A stretch of DNA of 64,000 nt from Tubiluchus corallicola (lineage: Eukaryota; Animalia; Priapulida), in the NCBI GenBank assembly GCA_030141605.1, contig JAQGDQ010000082.1:620001-684000 (forward strand). The letters are read 5' to 3'. The translations under genes were made by a program, and so were the position numbers. Shown piece by piece: positions 63,496 through 64,000 of this stretch (its first letter is position 1; each line of letters begins with the position of its first letter). Below the pieces are notes generated by a model. That model searched no databases and had not been told where the DNA came from. It saw only the letters and a list, made by a program, of their open reading frames with translations.

Positions 63496-63835
63496 CAGGG
63501 CCAGATTATGATCTTTTGGGGCCCCTAGGCTAATGAAATTATGAGGGAGGCCTTCAGACAGAGCCACCCTCTAATGCACCCAACACCTGTTTTGCATATT
63601 TTTTTACTCATGATATGGTTTAGCCACATTTACATAGCTTGAGGTAAACTTATTGCAAATTATTTAAATAAACTAGAATAGCCAGCTTTTGTTTGTTAAT
63701 AAATTTATTCTTTAGGAAGTGCCACTATTTTACTATTTATTCAAAGCAAGTTAGCTAATACTTCAACACAACTGTACTGAAAAAACAAACAGATTTTTTA
63801 CCAAATATTACTAAAGCTTGAGGGTCCCCAAATTT
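63496..63835 (+). mobile_element. hAT-type MITE, second copy (one terminus missing)
   Basis: Starts CAGGGCCAGATTATGA...ccctaggctaat; shares tagccacatttacatagctt, attgcaaatt, aaagcttgaggg with the reverse complement of 11452-11752. Confidence 0.75.
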
Positions 63836-64000
63836 GTGTATAATATATCGATCTACATTTGTAAATTAAGCAAAGTAAGAAAATGCAAATCATGCTATGA
63901 AAACTTTATGATCAAATAAATGATGGTGTAATTTTAAAATTATATTGATAAAATAAAATCACCACTCATGGATAATAATAATCAAAATTTAACTGCAATG

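Noticed and set aside
1-64000. CRISPR arrays, operons, prokaryotic defence systems or a variant genetic code
   Set aside because: The sequence is intron-containing animal DNA with no regularly spaced repeat-spacer array, and USP54 and SAP30BP exons contain no in-frame stops that would suggest codon reassignment.

Overview
AT-rich (roughly 35% GC by eye) animal genomic DNA with spliceosomal introns; an invertebrate seems likely but the species cannot be determined from the sequence. There are three protein-coding genes. (1) A USP53/USP54 (echinus-like) deubiquitinase on the minus strand, with 11 coding exons traced (29459 to 263, 908 codons, continuing past the left edge). A 23.3-kb intron separates its catalytic-Cys exon from the rest. 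(2) A complete 4-exon SAP30BP gene on the plus strand (50117-56057, 354 aa) with a probable GC-AG intron. (3) A minus-strand gene with 11 C2H2 zinc fingers (63076-58979), whose frame continues past an in-frame TAG into an AT-hook-containing tail. Non-coding DNA holds a palindromic element with a minimal type I hammerhead ribozyme motif (Penelope-like), a near-perfect 71-bp intronic hairpin, two copies of a hAT-type MITE (one with an 8-bp TSD), a MITE containing TTAGGG repeats, tRNA-like SINE heads, short tandem duplications and an apparent excess of CAGGTG E-boxes. Most short ORFs in the supplied track are spurious. Coordinates and counts were read by eye.
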